A stretch of DNA of 64,000 bases, taken from contig CAWBAN010000003.1 in NCBI GenBank assembly GCA_963786935.1, forward strand, positions 256,001 through 320,000, read 5' to 3'. Below the pieces are notes generated by a model that saw nothing but the letters and a program-made list of their open reading frames with translations, was not told the origin of the DNA and did not search any database. A program made the position numbers and the translations under genes. Below are positions 60,933 to 64,000 of the stretch, one piece after another. This stretch comes from an uncultured bacterium (GTDB lineage Bacteria > Krumholzibacteriota > Krumholzibacteriia > Krumholzibacteriales > Krumholzibacteriaceae). The stretch's first letter is position 1, and every line of letters begins with the position of its first letter.

Positions 60933-61730
60933 TCAGTTCCTCGTCGCTTTCAGGTCGTCGAAGAGCTCGAGCGCCTTTTTGACCGTCGCCTTCTCGTGCA
61001 CGATGGCGCGCACGGCCTGGATCGCCGCGACGGGGTGCTCCGACTGCCAGATGTTGCGCCCCATGTCGACGCCGACGGCGCCGCGGTTGATCGCCTCGTA
61101 CGTGAGCTGGAACACGTCGCTCATCGTTTCGAGCTTGGGGCCCCCGGCGATGACGACGGGCACGGGGCATCCCCCGACGACCTTCTCGAACTCCTCGCAG
61201 TAGTATGTCTTCACGAGGTGCGCGCCGAGCTCCGCGGCGATGCGGCAGCTGAGCGAGAGGAATCGCGCGTCGCGTTTGCCGAGCTCCTTGCCCACGGCCG
61301 TCACGGCGAGCACGGGGATGCCGTACGTTTCCCCTTCGTTCACGAGGTCGGCGAGATTCATGAGGGTGTTGTGCTCGTAGTCCGTTCCGACGAAGATCGA
61401 GAGCGCCACGGCCGTGACGTTGAGGCGGATCGCCTCTTCGAAGGTCGTCGTGATCGACTCGTCGGCGAGCGACGGGCCGATGATGCTCGTTCCCCCCGAC
61501 ACCCGCAGCACGATCGGCGTCTGCGTCTTCGGATCGACCGAGGTCCTCAGTATCCCGCGCGTCGGCATGAGGGCGTCCGCATATCCGATGATCGGCTCGA
61601 TCGTCGCGCGGGCGTTCTCGAGCTTGGACGTCGGGCCGAGAAAATAGCCGTGATCGACGGCGAGCATGACCGTGCGCCCCGTCGCGGGCCTGATGATCCG
61701 CGCGAGCCTGTTTTGCAGTCCCCAATCCAT
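60933..61730 (-). CDS. lsrF: LsrF-type class I aldolase/thiolase
   Basis: MDWGLQNRLARI...VMLAVDHGYFLGPT, RVSGG, VTAVGKE, RIAAELGA..VKTYYC, GVDMGRNIWQ. Confidence 0.9.
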   Translation of the reverse strand: MDWGLQNRLARIIRPATGRTVMLAVDHGYFLGPTSKLENARATIEPIIGYADALMPTRGILRTSVDPKTQTPIVLRVSGGTSIIGPSLADESITTTFEEAIRLNVTAVALSIFVGTDYEHNTLMNLADLVNEGETYGIPVLAVTAVGKELGKRDARFLSLSCRIAAELGAHLVKTYYCEEFEKVVGGCPVPVVIAGGPKLETMSDVFQLTYEAINRGAVGVDMGRNIWQSEHPVAAIQAVRAIVHEKATVKKALELFDDLKATRN

Positions 61731-61803
61731 GGAATAACCCCCTGCGAAAATCGGTACGAAATTGCGCCGGAACGACCAGTATAGGTGCGCGCGAAGGGCT
61801 CCG

Positions 61804-63012
61804 TCAAGGTTGAATATCCGTGCGGAGAGCCGGCGCTTCGCCCACGCCCGCGAAACGCTTCCGCAGCGCGATCGTGTAGACGGCGATGATGAGGGCGACG
61901 CCGCCGAGGAGGAGGAACGGCGTATTGATCCCCCACGCGTCGGACATGAATCCCGCGACGAAGGTGAAGGAGGCGTTTCCGAAGATCTGGATGTTCGCGT
62001 TGAGGCTGAACGCGGCGGTCCGGTTCTTCGGCTTCGCCACGCTCCCGACGAGCGTGAGGAGCGCGGGGAAGGTGAGGAAGAGGGACCATCCGAAGAAGGC
62101 GAGCAGGACCGCGGCGACGGGGATGCTCGTGTTGAACGCGAGGATGCAGGTCGAAATTGCCGTGAGCGCGCAGCCGAGAATGATGGCGCCGTAGCGCCCG
62201 ATCCGTTTCACCACCCGCCCGTACATGAGGGAAGCGACGATGCCCGCCCCGATCCAGCAGCCGAGCACGATTCCCGTGAGCGACATCGACGCCCCGAGCC
62301 TGTGGTTGAGGAGGCTCGGCCCGTAGGCGAGCGTGATTCCCCACGAGAGGCCGCTGAGGAGCGCGGGCGGAATGAGGAAACGCTGGTCGTGGAAGGTTTC
62401 GCGCCACGATACGGGATGCGCCTCCTCCGCGCCGAAGTCGCCGTCGTTCCCGACGCCGCGCGAGATGACGAGTCCCACGATCGCGGCGGCGATGCAGAGG
62501 GCGCCCCAGATGTAGAGCGGATGCGTCCAGCCGAGCGTCTGCGCGAGGTATCCCGTTCCGAGAAACGCCGCGAGCACGCCGACGTCGCCGAACGCGCTCT
62601 GGATTCCCATGGCGCGGTCGAGGTTCTTGCCGCGGAACGTATGGGTGACCCACGAGATGCCCACCGGATGGTAGATGCTCGATCCGATGCGCACGCCCAC
62701 ATATGTGAGGACGAGCAGCAGGTAGCTGCTCGAGAGCGGCGTGAGGAGCAGAAAGAGGCCGACGAAGAGATCGTCGAGGACGAGCAGCAGCCGGTAGTGC
62801 CGTCCCTTCGCCCAGTGCCCCACGAAGAAGTGGAAGACGATCGAAACGACGAGCCCGATGAGCATCATCGTGCCGATGTCAGCGTATTTCCTGATGAGGA
62901 GGCCCTGCGTGTAGAGAATCGGGTAGATCGTCGGCAGCGCGACGACGGAGGCGTCGTTGAACAGGTGAAAGATCGAAACGGAGCCCAGTATCTTCTTCTC
63001 TGTGGCGTTCAT
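61804..63012 (-). CDS. MFS transporter
   Basis: About 12 TMs; FHLFND, SIYHPVG, AMGIQSAFGDVG, AGFMSDAWG; start ATG 63012. Confidence 0.88.
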   Translation of the reverse strand: MNATEKKILGSVSIFHLFNDASVVALPTIYPILYTQGLLIRKYADIGTMMLIGLVVSIVFHFFVGHWAKGRHYRLLLVLDDLFVGLFLLLTPLSSSYLLLVLTYVGVRIGSSIYHPVGISWVTHTFRGKNLDRAMGIQSAFGDVGVLAAFLGTGYLAQTLGWTHPLYIWGALCIAAAIVGLVISRGVGNDGDFGAEEAHPVSWRETFHDQRFLIPPALLSGLSWGITLAYGPSLLNHRLGASMSLTGIVLGCWIGAGIVASLMYGRVVKRIGRYGAIILGCALTAISTCILAFNTSIPVAAVLLAFFGWSLFLTFPALLTLVGSVAKPKNRTAAFSLNANIQIFGNASFTFVAGFMSDAWGINTPFLLLGGVALIIAVYTIALRKRFAGVGEAPALRTDIQP

Positions 63013-63179
63013 AGTCGGAGTAATATACACCGAATCGCCCCGCGCCGCAAAAGAATCCCCCCCCGGGCGCCGAATCTCCCCGCTCCGCGGGCAAATTCCG
63101 CGGAACAATCCCCCTCTGGACGCGCCGCCCGACCTGCGGTATCATCGTTTTTTCGCATTTCCACGGGAGGCGGCATCGT

Positions 63180-64000
63180 ATGAAACGTTTCCTCGCAACG
63201 GCGCTTCTGCTCGCCCTGCCGGCGTTCGCGACCGGGGCGCCGATCCACGATTCGCCGGGAGCGGCCGAGCGGCCCGCGTCGGTACGGGCGCAGAAGGACA
63301 CGATCGGCTACGCGACGAGACCGGATCAGGTCGAATCGTTCGTGCGTCTCGTCGATTCCCTCGAGGCGCCGCGCTACGCCGCGAACGCCGCGGCGTTCCC
63401 CGCGATGACGAAGGGGGCGATGATCGGCGCCGTCTGTCCGCACGACGACTACCTCTACGCGGGGCGCGGCTACGTCCACGTCATGCGCGAGCTCAGAGCG
63501 CCGCGCGTGATCCTCTTCGGCGTTTCGCACACGGCGCGCCGCCGCGGCATCCAGGGCGCGTTGATATTCGACGGCCACGCCGCGTGGCGAATGGCCGGCC
63601 GGGAGTGCCCCGTCTCGCCGATGCGCGAGGAGATCCTCGCGGCGCTTCCGCCCGGATTCGTCCTCGTGAACGATACCATCCACGCGGAGGAGCATTCGCT
63701 CGAGGGATTCGTTCCGATCCTCCGGCATTACCTGCCGAAGGTCGAAATCGTGCCGATCCTCGTGACGCGGATGGAGGGCGGCGTCCGCGACGCGGCGGCC
63801 GATACGCTCGCCGGGGTGATCGCGGGCATCATGATGAAGCACGGCTGGAAGCTCGGGACGGACGTCGCGATCCTCGTCTCGGCCGATTGCGTCCATTACG
63901 GCGACGAGGAATGGGGAGGGCGCAACTATGCCCCTTTCGGAACGGGCGGGGAAGGCTACGCCAAGGGCGTGGCGCAGGACCGGCGCGTCGTCGAGTCCGC
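63180..64000 (+). CDS. amrB: MEMO1 family / AmmeMemoRadiSam protein B homologue with signal peptide, truncated by window end; absent from ORF track
   Basis: MKRFLATALLLALPAFA signal; VCPHDDYLYAG, FGVSH, EEHSLE, IVPILV, VSADCVHYG. Confidence 0.85.
   Translation, partial: MKRFLATALLLALPAFATGAPIHDSPGAAERPASVRAQKDTIGYATRPDQVESFVRLVDSLEAPRYAANAAAFPAMTKGAMIGAVCPHDDYLYAGRGYVHVMRELRAPRVILFGVSHTARRRGIQGALIFDGHAAWRMAGRECPVSPMREEILAALPPGFVLVNDTIHAEEHSLEGFVPILRHYLPKVEIVPILVTRMEGGVRDAAADTLAGVIAGIMMKHGWKLGTDVAILVSADCVHYGDEEWGGRNYAPFGTGGEGYAKGVAQDRRVVES

Overview
GC-rich bacterial chromosomal window with about 50 CDS; no rRNA, tRNA, CRISPR array, integrase or transposase was recognised. Three secreted proteins ending in a 'QNxPNPFNP...RKMxLxR/K' FlgD-Ig/T9SS-like domain, a tandem array of Hanks-type kinases and many peptidases suggest an FCB-group organism such as Ca. 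Krumholzibacteriota/Latescibacterota (inference). Left to right: end of a glycosyltransferase gene; a CapK/PaaK-like adenylating enzyme fused to a degenerate PanD domain, followed by a second PanD whose missing conserved residues are the ones the fused copy keeps (best candidate for an undescribed system); site-2 protease; peptidase/oxidoreductase genes; OPT transporter; four tandem membrane Ser/Thr kinases; a glycan-tailoring locus (2 SGNH proteins, radical SAM, deacetylase, TagA/WecB, SDR, GT2, GT4) containing an unannotated 39-aa membrane peptide with a DltX-like C-terminal Tyr motif; ettA; secreted and outer-membrane proteins; ptrB; a 14.7-kb segment bracketed by a duplicated 3' end of a cysteine hydrolase gene, carrying an M16/beta-lactamase/TPR fusion and a stress-type cluster (orphan NarL regulator, duplicated 171-bp promoter element, YXWGXW, DUF6600, short baeRF3/Balon-like, lmo0937 family); lsrF plus Zn-dehydrogenase; MFS; a signal-peptide-bearing MEMO homologue. 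Two genes appear to need non-canonical (ATT) starts and several appear leaderless. All family calls come from motif recognition by eye, not database searches.
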